64,000 nt of DNA, taken from the NCBI RefSeq assembly GCF_013167455.1, contig NZ_CP038328.1; one strand, given 5' to 3'. The first letter of the stretch is position 1; each line of letters opens with the position of its first letter. A program made the position numbers and the translations under genes. The DNA is from Escherichia coli O157:H7 (GTDB lineage Bacteria > Pseudomonadota > Gammaproteobacteria > Enterobacterales > Enterobacteriaceae). A model generated the notes under the pieces. That model ran no database searches. It was not told the origin of the DNA and was given only the letters and a program-made list of their open reading frames with translations. This document shows positions 22,312-29,664 of the stretch, in pieces.

Positions 22312-22800
22312 TCAGTGTTTTAAGTCTGTTGGTGGCTTAGGGATGGGGAACCGATTTGAGTAGACACTAGCGGCATTGAGTTTTTTAACCTCTTTTTTCC
22401 CAATGCTGCCGATCTTGCGGTGGGTGAACTGGGCCAGCTTAAACGCGGCATCTAAAGCCAGTTTTGGATCTGTGTCCATGTTGTCAATCAGTATCCTGCC
22501 CATTGCTTTGATGGGGTCGGGTAGGCCGTTATCCATCATCTCAATGGTGTTAATTGATGCCCGTTCCGGTGTAACTTTTTCGGTAACTTTCTTTGTAACT
22601 TTTTTCGGTTTTGTAACCTGAAAAGTTACATCAGAAGTTACAGCCTTAAGATACTTTTTCACCTCAGGATCGTTGGATAGCTGCCAGCCTTTAACCCTTG
22701 CGGTCTTTTCGCTGTATCCAGCATGTATAGCGGCTTCCGTGGGATTTGCGCCCCTTGATAACGCATCAGCAAACCGCTTTTTTTTGGTCGTTAATGCCAT
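22312..22800 (-). CDS. Terminase small subunit-like protein (TerS)
   Basis: Starts MALTTKKKRFADALSRGANPTEAAIHAGYSEKTARVKGWQL, matching the recalled TerS HTH motif (Terminase_2-type); GAGG RBS upstream; the 46-aa N-terminal extension in the track ORF is rejected. Confidence 0.6.
   Translation of the reverse strand: MALTTKKKRFADALSRGANPTEAAIHAGYSEKTARVKGWQLSNDPEVKKYLKAVTSDVTFQVTKPKKVTKKVTEKVTPERASINTIEMMDNGLPDPIKAMGRILIDNMDTDPKLALDAAFKLAQFTHRKIGSIGKKEVKKLNAASVYSNRFPIPKPPTDLKH
22565..22643. repeat. Array of AAAGTTAC / GTAACTTT repeats inside terS-like gene (candidate pac/terminase recognition site)
   Basis: At least six copies in both orientations, encoding the KKVTKKVTEKVT peptide; similar copies upstream at 22821-22850. 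Confidence 0.4.
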
Positions 22801-22927
22801 GCAAAAACCTCGTTTTGAGGGGGTGTAACTTTTCGTGTAACTTTTTTGAAAAGCAAAATTTTCTACGAATGAGACGGGGGGCGGTGTCCAGGGCGATCGA
22901 CTTTCCGGCCGGAACACTCCCCCCCTG

Positions 22928-23089
22928 TCATTGCTCACCGAGTAACGAGATCAGGCCTTCAACTTCATCACTCAGCTTGTTTATTCGTGTCTCAAGCTCT
23001 GCGATCTTTTCCATCAATGGCGCTATGGTGTCTCTTGTTTCCTCGCCAATGGCTTTAATGATGCTTGCCTCGCGTTCTGTGATAGCCAT
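22928..23089 (-). CDS. Small coiled-coil protein (53 aa); below ORF-track threshold
   Basis: ATG with GAGG RBS 8 nt upstream, 3 nt after stop of preceding ORF; MAITEREASIIKAIGEE... Confidence 0.4.
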   Translation of the reverse strand: MAITEREASIIKAIGEETRDTIAPLMEKIAELETRINKLSDEVEGLISLLGEQ

Positions 23090-23092
23090 TGT

Positions 23093-23287
23093 TTACGCCT
23101 CACTTGTTGCAATGCCCAGGCGTTCGCGTAACAGTACGCGCGCAAGATGCCCTATTGTTGGTGTTGCCGCCCTGCCGTAGATACCTGATTCATTCATCCG
23201 GCGCACAATATCGAACTGCAACTTTTTAAGCTCGTTAAGGATTTCATGATCAATCATCACGGTAGCGCTTTGCTTTATCTCTTCCAC
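23093..23287 (-). CDS. Small hypothetical protein (64 aa, GTG start), first gene of packaging operon; possibly DNA-binding
   Basis: ORF with GGAG RBS; located just downstream of a terminator. Confidence 0.4.
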   Translation of the reverse strand: MEEIKQSATVMIDHEILNELKKLQFDIVRRMNESGIYGRAATPTIGHLARVLLRERLGIATSEA

Positions 23288-23374
23288 TTTGTTTTCTCCA
23301 GATACTTATCATTGCATAACCAGTATTTTCGATAGATTATCATTAATTAACCATCTTTGAAGATATATGAGATC

Positions 23375-23399
23375 GAAAAAAAGCCGGATTGCTCCGGCT
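23375..23399 (-). terminator. Intrinsic terminator ending the replication module
   Basis: Minus-strand AGCCGGAGCAATCCGGCT followed by TTTTTTT. Confidence 0.7.
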
Positions 23400-23417
23400 A
23401 TGTGCTCACTTCTTCGG

Positions 23418-23657
23418 TTATTCTCCAGCGCTTTTAACGTTGATGGTTGTTACCTGTTCCGCTTCGGCAATCTCCCGTTCTGTCAGCGTGGCAAAGTTTG
23501 CCGCCGCTGTGGTCATGAATGCGCTTATCAGTTCGGGATGTGCTTTCGCATATCCTTCCCCGGCGTTGCGGTCGATGATTTTTATCGACACCCTTAACCA
23601 GTGTTCCGTCAAATCAAGGGCGTGCGATTGTGATTTTTTTGTGTGCTTCGCTGTCAT
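23418..23657 (-). CDS. Hypothetical 79-aa protein downstream of origin
   Basis: ORF only; weak RBS. Confidence 0.4.
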   Translation of the reverse strand: MTAKHTKKSQSHALDLTEHWLRVSIKIIDRNAGEGYAKAHPELISAFMTTAAANFATLTEREIAEAEQVTTINVKSAGE

Positions 23658-23699
23658 AGGCTTTATCTCACAGCAGTAAATTAAAATTTTTGCGTTTTA

Positions 23700-23935
23700 A
23701 CCCTTCACCTGTTCACCTTTTGATATTTTATCTTTTAATTCATAATGTTAAGGGGTGAACAGTTTCACAAAAACTATTCACCAACTATTCACCACTGTTC
23801 ACCCTTGAAGCTCAATAAACAATCAAAAAGGTGAACAGTGAATAGTTTGGTGAACAGTTCATAAATAACTGTTCACCCTATAATATACTGATATAAAAGA
23901 TATTTATGACAGGGTGAACAGTGGTGAACAGTTAT
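23700..23935. repeat. Iteron array (GGTGAACAG / CTGTTCACC, with CTATTCACC variants) and AT-rich tracts: putative island replication origin
   Basis: At least 8 perfect 9-mers in both orientations plus variants, immediately 3' of the primase-helicase gene. Confidence 0.75.
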
Positions 23936-23944
23936 TCCATAAGT

Positions 23945-25762
23945 TTAATTTTTGCTATCGTCATTAGTGACCGATACACATGACGGCATCCAGTCTTCTG
24001 ATTCCTCCGTCAGTGTCACGTTTGAACGCAAACCGTGCTTCGTTTTCCGTTTCATATACTCCCTGCCATATTCCGCCATTGCCCCCGGCATATCTTTACC
24101 GAAGCGCGTCAGTGTTACAGGTTTACCGAATCCGTGTGCCCTCATATATGCCAGATAGGCGTGATAAAGATACCTGCGCGGACTGAACGGAATAATTTCG
24201 GCATTACCCACTAACAGACCATCACACATTACCGACGACATGAGATAGCCGCAGAAGTCCACCAGCGAATCGCCCTCGCGTTTTATCACCAGAGCTTCTT
24301 CTGATTTCTGCTGCTCATACAGCAGGCGTTTAGCTTCGTCCTGGTCAGAAAAACGAGTAAGCAGGTGGCGAATCACAACCGCCAGCTCTCCTTCTATTTT
24401 TTCTGCCAGCATGGGGTCGCGTTCGTTTTCCGGTACAACCTCCGAAAAATTGAATATCACCCGACGACGTGAAATCCCCCCGCTGCGGTCACTGAATGAC
24501 ATGGCGTTATTGTTCACCGCCAACACTACCGCCTGAATGCGTGTTGAGTAGGGGGCTTTATGCTTCGGGTCGATTGCCACCTTGTCACCGCCTGTAATGG
24601 CCTTAATTCCTGCGCCATCACCAGCGTAACGGGTCATATCCGGCATGATAATCAGCGAAAAGCCAACCACTAACGCGCGTTCCCTGGCATCTTCCAGCGC
24701 CTTCATGCTTGCCGATACCGTGTTGGCCTTACCCGCCAGCATGGTGCAAATCTCCGCCATCACGCTTTTACCACTTCCCCCTGGACCTGTTACCTCAATG
24801 AATAACTGCCAGTCGTACCGGTTCGCCAGCACCATGAATAATGCAGCCAGTACGCGATCCGCCTTGCGGTCATTCTCAGCCACCGAACGGCGTAACCACT
24901 TCCAGAAATTCGGCGCATGTGTTGCCAGCGTTTCCCCCTCTGCTGGTGGGCTGAAAGGTAATTCACTGGCAATTAACAACCAGTCGTTTTTGTTATGCTC
25001 CCGAAAATCGCCTGTCCGGGTATCAAAAACACCGTTACTGAATCCAATCAGGTTACGGGCTGTATTCCCCATTACAGGCAAACTTAACTTCATGGTATCG
25101 ACCGCCGATTTAATGGCGTTCTGCGAATAGCTGATCTCCGCATCAATGAAAATCTGTGCCATAGCTCGCTGTAATTCTTTATCCTGTACTGGCTCCCATA
25201 CAACGCCGTTGTAATAGTGAACAGTGTCAGAGTCAGCATGAATCGCCAGTTCACCGCCATAATGTGCCAGGAGAACTTCGCCGCGTTGACTTGCTCCCAT
25301 CTGGTTAAGCGCCAGTGATGAAGCGTTATCGTCTTTTACCCGCTCTTTTTTCTTTACAGGCAGTTCAACTACCTTTTTCTTTTCCGCCTGCTCTGCCCGT
25401 TCACGTTCCAGATATTCGCGCCAGTTCTCCCGTTTCTGGCTGTGCATTCCTTCAGGGTAATAATCAGCATCCCTGACACCTGCCGCTGCCAGTTTCTGCC
25501 CGATGGTATTAACAAGCCCCGAACGCAATAACCCCGCCTGATAGAGACGCACGCGATAGCGTCCGTCCGGTACGATTTGCAGGTTGTCCAGTTCGGCAAG
25601 TTGTTGCTCTCCAAGCCAGACAGGTGGCACGTTATCGCCAGCCAGTCGCCCGTCCTGTTCCTGCCACTGCTTCGCATGTGCCCACGCATCACTACCCGCA
25701 AAAATGATGACTTCCGTCATTTTGTCACGTGGCTGGTGTTTTAAATTTGGCGCTTTTTTCAT
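23945..25762 (-). CDS. Replication initiator primase-helicase (P4 alpha / D5-like)
   Basis: ~605 aa; Walker A VTGPGGSGKS in C-terminal half; N-terminal region consistent with a primase-type domain; ATGA start/stop overlap with upstream ORF. Confidence 0.8.
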   Translation of the reverse strand: MKKAPNLKHQPRDKMTEVIIFAGSDAWAHAKQWQEQDGRLAGDNVPPVWLGEQQLAELDNLQIVPDGRYRVRLYQAGLLRSGLVNTIGQKLAAAGVRDADYYPEGMHSQKRENWREYLERERAEQAEKKKVVELPVKKKERVKDDNASSLALNQMGASQRGEVLLAHYGGELAIHADSDTVHYYNGVVWEPVQDKELQRAMAQIFIDAEISYSQNAIKSAVDTMKLSLPVMGNTARNLIGFSNGVFDTRTGDFREHNKNDWLLIASELPFSPPAEGETLATHAPNFWKWLRRSVAENDRKADRVLAALFMVLANRYDWQLFIEVTGPGGSGKSVMAEICTMLAGKANTVSASMKALEDARERALVVGFSLIIMPDMTRYAGDGAGIKAITGGDKVAIDPKHKAPYSTRIQAVVLAVNNNAMSFSDRSGGISRRRVIFNFSEVVPENERDPMLAEKIEGELAVVIRHLLTRFSDQDEAKRLLYEQQKSEEALVIKREGDSLVDFCGYLMSSVMCDGLLVGNAEIIPFSPRRYLYHAYLAYMRAHGFGKPVTLTRFGKDMPGAMAEYGREYMKRKTKHGLRSNVTLTEESEDWMPSCVSVTNDDSKN

Positions 25763-26058
25763 TTCTGCTCTCTCCACGCGGCAATCATGTTTTTCAGTTC
25801 CTGTAGTTTTTTATCAACATCCATACATGGCACATGGTTATTTCTGGAAGGCGGGATTTCCCGCCTGAATCTGCTAATAAAGATCTCCACGTTCAGCGAA
25901 CTATGAAATGAATAGCCATCACGAATAAAATACACACGGTCAAACATCAGTTCTTTTACCGTTACTCTGTTACCGTTCTTATCCAGATAAATAGCGCCGG
26001 GGATAATTTTTGGGTGTGCATAACCGCTGGCAGTCAAGCCAGATAAATATGTTCTCAT
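25759..26058 (-). CDS. Hypothetical protein (99 aa), translationally coupled to primase
   Basis: ORF with RBS; its stop overlaps the primase start (ATGA). Confidence 0.5.
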   Translation of the reverse strand: MRTYLSGLTASGYAHPKIIPGAIYLDKNGNRVTVKELMFDRVYFIRDGYSFHSSLNVEIFISRFRREIPPSRNNHVPCMDVDKKLQELKNMIAAWREQK

Positions 26059-26064
26059 GATTAT

Positions 26065-26385
26065 TTATCCCCGATTTGAATCAGTATTCGCTTTCTTTAT
26101 GGCATTTAATGCATCTGTGGCATTTTCAATGGTGCACCGTAACGAAATATTAAACTGTCCAAGCATTGCCAGTAACAAACCGATATTACCCATATCAATG
26201 CGCATGACCTTTTCGTCATAGTCCTCATTTTCTGACGCATGCCACATCAGGCTACCAATTGACGCAACAGCCATTGATATATTGTCAGTAGCCCCATCCG
26301 CAGCGGAATAAACCTTTTTAGCAATATCATGCTCACAGTTAAAATGCGGATTAATCAGGTACTGGTAATTTGACATATCAGGCAT
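26065..26385 (-). CDS. Hypothetical protein (106 aa, starts MPDMSNYQY)
   Basis: Start overlaps upstream stop (ATGCCTGA); track ORF N-terminal extension rejected. Confidence 0.5.
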   Translation of the reverse strand: MPDMSNYQYLINPHFNCEHDIAKKVYSAADGATDNISMAVASIGSLMWHASENEDYDEKVMRIDMGNIGLLLAMLGQFNISLRCTIENATDALNAIKKANTDSNRG

Positions 26386-26935
26386 GGCACACCCCCTGAC
26401 GAATACGGGCGGCGAATACAGCAACACAACCGGACGGGCAACGGCTACGCGCTTCGCGTTCCGTCCAGGCGGTTACGTGGATGATTTGATGTTCTGACGC
26501 GCCAAAGATGATAAAGCGCCAGAGAAAGGCGGTTTGAGAATGTACAAGGGTAGGGATAGTAGCCATGTTGGCAGCCTCCTCAGTGTGGTTAAGATAACCG
26601 CCACCGGAAACGCCAATTTCGCTGGTGGCGGACTGTACAGGGTTGGCGTAACCGGACACTGAAGAAACCGGCGCGGATTGCTCCGCCCCCGTACAGCCCA
26701 CCATTGATAAGGTGTGACTATGCGGCACAAAAAAACACGCGGGGCGCGTGTTATGCGCTTCAGTTTTGCCCAGGACGCCAATCCCGGCACCCGTTTTATG
26801 AGGTGCGCGGGAATCATAGCTATTTTCGACACTGGCGATCAACTGGTTTTTTTCTCCGATATTCAGGGCCAGAAAACGCCACACAAAGGCCGTTTGTGTG
26901 TGTACAAGGTGTGGTATATGATTTACGGCAACCAT
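26378..26935 (-). CDS. Hypothetical protein with internal tandem duplication (possible Ash/Icd-like small-protein family); may be one 185-aa ORF or two in-frame cistrons
   Basis: AGGAG RBS before ATG at 26935; motif IPxLVHxQTAFxWRF occurs twice (N-terminus and at the internal Met at 26566, preceded by GAGGAGG); family name is an unverified recollection. Confidence 0.45.
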   Translation of the reverse strand: MVAVNHIPHLVHTQTAFVWRFLALNIGEKNQLIASVENSYDSRAPHKTGAGIGVLGKTEAHNTRPACFFVPHSHTLSMVGCTGAEQSAPVSSVSGYANPVQSATSEIGVSGGGYLNHTEEAANMATIPTLVHSQTAFLWRFIIFGASEHQIIHVTAWTEREARSRCPSGCVAVFAARIRQGVCHA

Positions 26936-26966
26936 AACGGCTCCTAGTTTACGTTGTTGGTTAGAA

Positions 26967-27008
26967 GCCCTGCGAGTGGTAACGACACTTGCGGGGCTTT
27001 GTCTTTTC
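26967..27008 (+). terminator. Plus-strand-specific terminator-like hairpin within the 5' leader region of the minus-strand replication operon
   Basis: 12-bp stem GCCCTGCGAGTG/CACTTGCGGGGC; both mismatches are G-U wobbles only in the plus-strand RNA; followed by TTTGTCTTTTC. Confidence 0.45.
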
Positions 27009-27026
27009 ATCGATTACCTTGATAAA

Positions 27027-27108
27027 GGTGTCAGCCACTATATTAGTAACAGGTGTCAGCCACGTCAATAGTGTTTTTCCGTTTTCTTGTGTGTATACTG
27101 TCAGCCAC
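27027..27108. promoter_or_regulatory. Divergent promoter region with three GTCAGCCAC operator-like repeats
   Basis: GGTGTCAGCCAC at 27027-27038 and 27052-27063, TGTCAGCCAC at 27099-27108 adjacent to a TATACT -10-like hexamer. Confidence 0.55.
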
Positions 27109-27129
27109 CTAATAACGAGGAAATCAGAT

Positions 27130-27309
27130 ATGGCAACAAAAGCAGTTAATGCAAAATCCAAAAAGCTTGAGGCTCGAGTACCACACGCAATAGCTGATGC
27201 TGTAGAAAATTTAAAGGAAGATGGCGAAAGTACAGGGCAATTTATCGTTTCGGCACTTGAAGGCGAGATCAAACGCCGCCAGCGCCGCAAGGCCAAAGAA
27301 TCAGAATAA
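27130..27309 (+). CDS. Small ribbon-helix-helix-like DNA-binding protein (candidate island repressor)
   Basis: 59-aa ORF with AGGAAA RBS; predicted beta-strand/helix/helix pattern typical of Arc/CopG-type proteins; divergent from replication operon. Confidence 0.5.
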   Translation: MATKAVNAKSKKLEARVPHAIADAVENLKEDGESTGQFIVSALEGEIKRRQRRKAKESE

Positions 27310-27366
27310 TCACTATCAGCGCCGTGGTGTGAGGTATTACGGCGCATTGCTATGCAGGACAACACA

Positions 27367-27540
27367 ATGACCGATAAAGAATTGACCAAAACATTATCAC
27401 CGGCACGGAAAAGACGGCGCAGAAAGATAGAGCATGAATCAGAAAGATTCGCACCATGTGCTTTTGCCCTTGAGCAATTCCTTAAAGAGTACAGGGAAAA
27501 GCGCTCATTGCAGGTATGGCAACGAACTGAACCAGACTGA
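27367..27540 (+). CDS. Small basic hypothetical protein (~57 aa)
   Basis: ORF with AGGA RBS; arginine-rich segment RKRRRRK. Confidence 0.35.
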   Translation: MTDKELTKTLSPARKRRRRKIEHESERFAPCAFALEQFLKEYREKRSLQVWQRTEPD

Positions 27541-27633
27541 TTGCATTGCCCACCAGCCTGATAGCGGCTATCATCCCCGTGCTTATGTTTGGGATCACAT
27601 ACACATAAGGCGCAGCGGGTTAATTGTTCAGAA

Positions 27634-27660
27634 AGGCGGCTCCATATCGGGGCCGCTTTT
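27634..27660 (+). terminator. Intrinsic terminator after plus-strand small genes
   Basis: 8-bp stem GCGGCTCC/GGGGCCGC (one G-U), loop ATATC, then TTTTTT. Confidence 0.7.
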
Positions 27661-27688
27661 TTCGTGTTTGTCATATCTGTGATACCCG

Positions 27689-27895
27689 TTAAGCAGCCGT
27701 TCCGCGTGCTTCCTCTTCGCGTTCTTTCTGCCAGGACAACACATCATCCTCATACCATCCGCGACGGCGTAAACCAACGCGAAAACCCTGCGGAAATTCT
27801 CCGGCGTTGATCATGCTTTGCAGCGTGCTGTCTGCCTTGATGTGGATAATTTTTTTTACTTCCTGGCGAAAGATAATTTTTCTGATTGCTTCCAT
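27689..27895 (-). CDS. alpA: AlpA-family phage regulatory protein / excisionase-like HTH
   Basis: 68-aa ORF; motif STLQSMINAGEFPQGFRVGLRRRGWYEDDVLSW resembles AlpA. Confidence 0.75.
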   Translation of the reverse strand: MEAIRKIIFRQEVKKIIHIKADSTLQSMINAGEFPQGFRVGLRRRGWYEDDVLSWQKEREEEARGTAA

Positions 27896-27912
27896 CGTGA
27901 TTTACCTTGTGA

Positions 27913-27930
27913 ATCCGGTGTATTCCGGTG
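27913..27930. promoter_or_regulatory. Two TCCGGTG motifs upstream of alpA (same motif repeated upstream of int)
   Basis: aATCCGGTGtaTTCCGGTGa; the same heptamer occurs about 5 times at 29743-29844. Confidence 0.4.
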
Positions 27931-28033
27931 ACAAATACGGTAAATCATCGGATATGGGTAAAAACAGTTCCCACCGTTTTTAAACGGTATACACCGTTTT
28001 TTATATTGATGATTTGAAATGGAATTATAAAAA

Positions 28034-28060
28034 AAGCGGCATTTCTGCCGCTTCCAGGAT
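28034..28060 (-). terminator. Intrinsic terminator after the 83-aa ORF
   Basis: Minus-strand GGAAGCGGCAGAAATGCCGC followed by TTTTTTT. Confidence 0.6.
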
Positions 28061-28062
28061 TG

Positions 28063-28314
28063 TTACCGCCATTTTTTGGGCCTGCCTCCGATCTTCATAG
28101 ATGCCGGACGTACGACCTTATCAATACTTACCGCCAGATTTCTGGAAGCGCCACGGGATACCAGAAAATCTACTACCTGTTTTTTTGATGGGGCCGTCGT
28201 TCTGTCCTCCGGATCGTAGGTTGACCAAAATTCATGCTGAACCATCAGGGCCAGTTGCAGCCCGTCGCAATTGCATCTGATATTTTTTTGCATCTTAACG
28301 GTTTCATGTTTCAC
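28063..28314 (-). CDS. Hypothetical 83-aa protein between int and alpA (CxC motif, basic C-terminus)
   Basis: ORF only. Confidence 0.4.
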   Translation of the reverse strand: MKHETVKMQKNIRCNCDGLQLALMVQHEFWSTYDPEDRTTAPSKKQVVDFLVSRGASRNLAVSIDKVVRPASMKIGGRPKKWR

Positions 28315-28391
28315 GGCCTTGTCGTTAAATTTGATGCAATTATACGACGGTTTTACATGGTTTTCGTAGTTTTTACTGGTTTTCTGTACAG

Positions 28392-29633
28392 CTACACGGC
28401 TCGGATACCCCTTTTACCACTGGCGAGGGTTACGCCCGTCGCCGCGGCCTCGACAAATTCGCCCCACCAGCGCATCAGCACGATGCGTTTTTCTATGTAG
28501 TTGCTCCGGTTGTATGCCCGTCTAACTTCGTTGGTGTCGACGTGGGCAAGTGCCGCCTCTATTACGTCCGGCTCGAATCCTTCCTCGTTCGCTGCTGTGC
28601 TGAATATGGCGCGTAATCCATGAGACACCAGCACGCCAGCGAATCCCATACGCCGCAATGCTGCGTTAGCTGTCTGGCTGTTCATCGGCTGCTGTGGGTC
28701 TTTCAGACTTGGGAAAACGTAATTGCGGTGGTGGCTGATTGGTTTCATGGCCTCCAGCACCGCCATAGCCTGACCGGAAAGCGGGATAACGTGATCCCTG
28801 CGCATCTTCATGCGTCCGGCAGGTATCGTCCATTGCTTCGCGTCCAGGTTGATTTCATCCCACCGCGTTGATGACGCTTCGGCGGGACGGGTTACGGTCA
28901 GTAACTGCCATTCAATCAGTAATCTGGTCTGCCGTTCTGTTGCCGATACTGATAAAGCCTGCATAAGCTCGGGCAGCTGTTCGGGGCGGATTGTTGGCAT
29001 ATGTTTTTTTACAGGTGAGGGAAACGCCTTACGCACATTCATAGCCGGATTGGCATCAATCAGCCCACTGTTGGCGGCGTAATCCATTACCTCATTAACG
29101 CGCTGTAAAACCCGCTTGAGTGTTTCCAGGTTGCCGCGCTCCTTGATGGGGGTAAGCACTTCAACGAACCTTCGGGCGGTGAGGGTATCTATTGGCGTGT
29201 TGCCGATGAACGGGAATACATATTTATCCAGCGAACGCCAGATGTCTTTAATCGTGTTGGGGGCCAGATTCTGGCTGATTTTCACCTGGTACCATGCCGC
29301 CGCCACATTTTCGAACGTGTTCCCTTGTCTTCGGGCCTCTGTCTCTCTTTTTTGCCTCTCGTGGTCCTGCGGGTCAGTTCCGGCACTGATTAACGTCCTG
29401 TACTCGCTACGGCGTTTTCTGGCATCAGCCAGGGAAACATCTTCAAGCGATCCAAAACTCAGCAATATTCTTTTTTTGTCCGATGGTCGGTAGTAGGAAA
29501 ATCTCCAGAGTTTTGATCCAGACGGTTTGACCAGGAGAAAAAGCCCTCCGCCGTCCTGCAGGGTGTACTCCTTTTGCGCTGGTCTGGCTGCTTTGATCTG
29601 CACTGTGGTTAATGGGTGTGTTTTTCTCGCCAT
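28392..29633 (-). CDS. int: Tyrosine recombinase, P4-family integrase
   Basis: ~413 aa from MARKTHPLT; N-terminal DGGGLFLLVKPSGSKLWRF arm-binding-like domain; catalytic HGLR and RAYNRSNY(Y) motifs; adjacent to tRNA. Confidence 0.9.
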   Translation of the reverse strand: MARKTHPLTTVQIKAARPAQKEYTLQDGGGLFLLVKPSGSKLWRFSYYRPSDKKRILLSFGSLEDVSLADARKRRSEYRTLISAGTDPQDHERQKRETEARRQGNTFENVAAAWYQVKISQNLAPNTIKDIWRSLDKYVFPFIGNTPIDTLTARRFVEVLTPIKERGNLETLKRVLQRVNEVMDYAANSGLIDANPAMNVRKAFPSPVKKHMPTIRPEQLPELMQALSVSATERQTRLLIEWQLLTVTRPAEASSTRWDEINLDAKQWTIPAGRMKMRRDHVIPLSGQAMAVLEAMKPISHHRNYVFPSLKDPQQPMNSQTANAALRRMGFAGVLVSHGLRAIFSTAANEEGFEPDVIEAALAHVDTNEVRRAYNRSNYIEKRIVLMRWWGEFVEAAATGVTLASGKRGIRAV

Positions 29634-29664
29634 ATGTCTATGATTCCACACGAAAAAACAGGGT

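Noticed and set aside
22565-22643. Short tandem repeats considered as a possible CRISPR array
   Set aside because: Units are 8-9 bp with no spacers of CRISPR size and lie inside a coding sequence; no cas genes in the window.
22801-22938. 46-codon N-terminal extension of the TerS-like ORF
   Set aside because: The TerS-type motif begins at MALTTKKK with a GAGG RBS 9 nt upstream; the extension is Pro/Ser-rich and overlaps the upstream small ORF.
26704-26947. Two 77-aa plus-strand ORFs antisense to the internally duplicated island ORF
   Set aside because: No RBS; they mirror the minus-strand coding repeats. The region was kept only as a possible antisense RNA, not as a protein.
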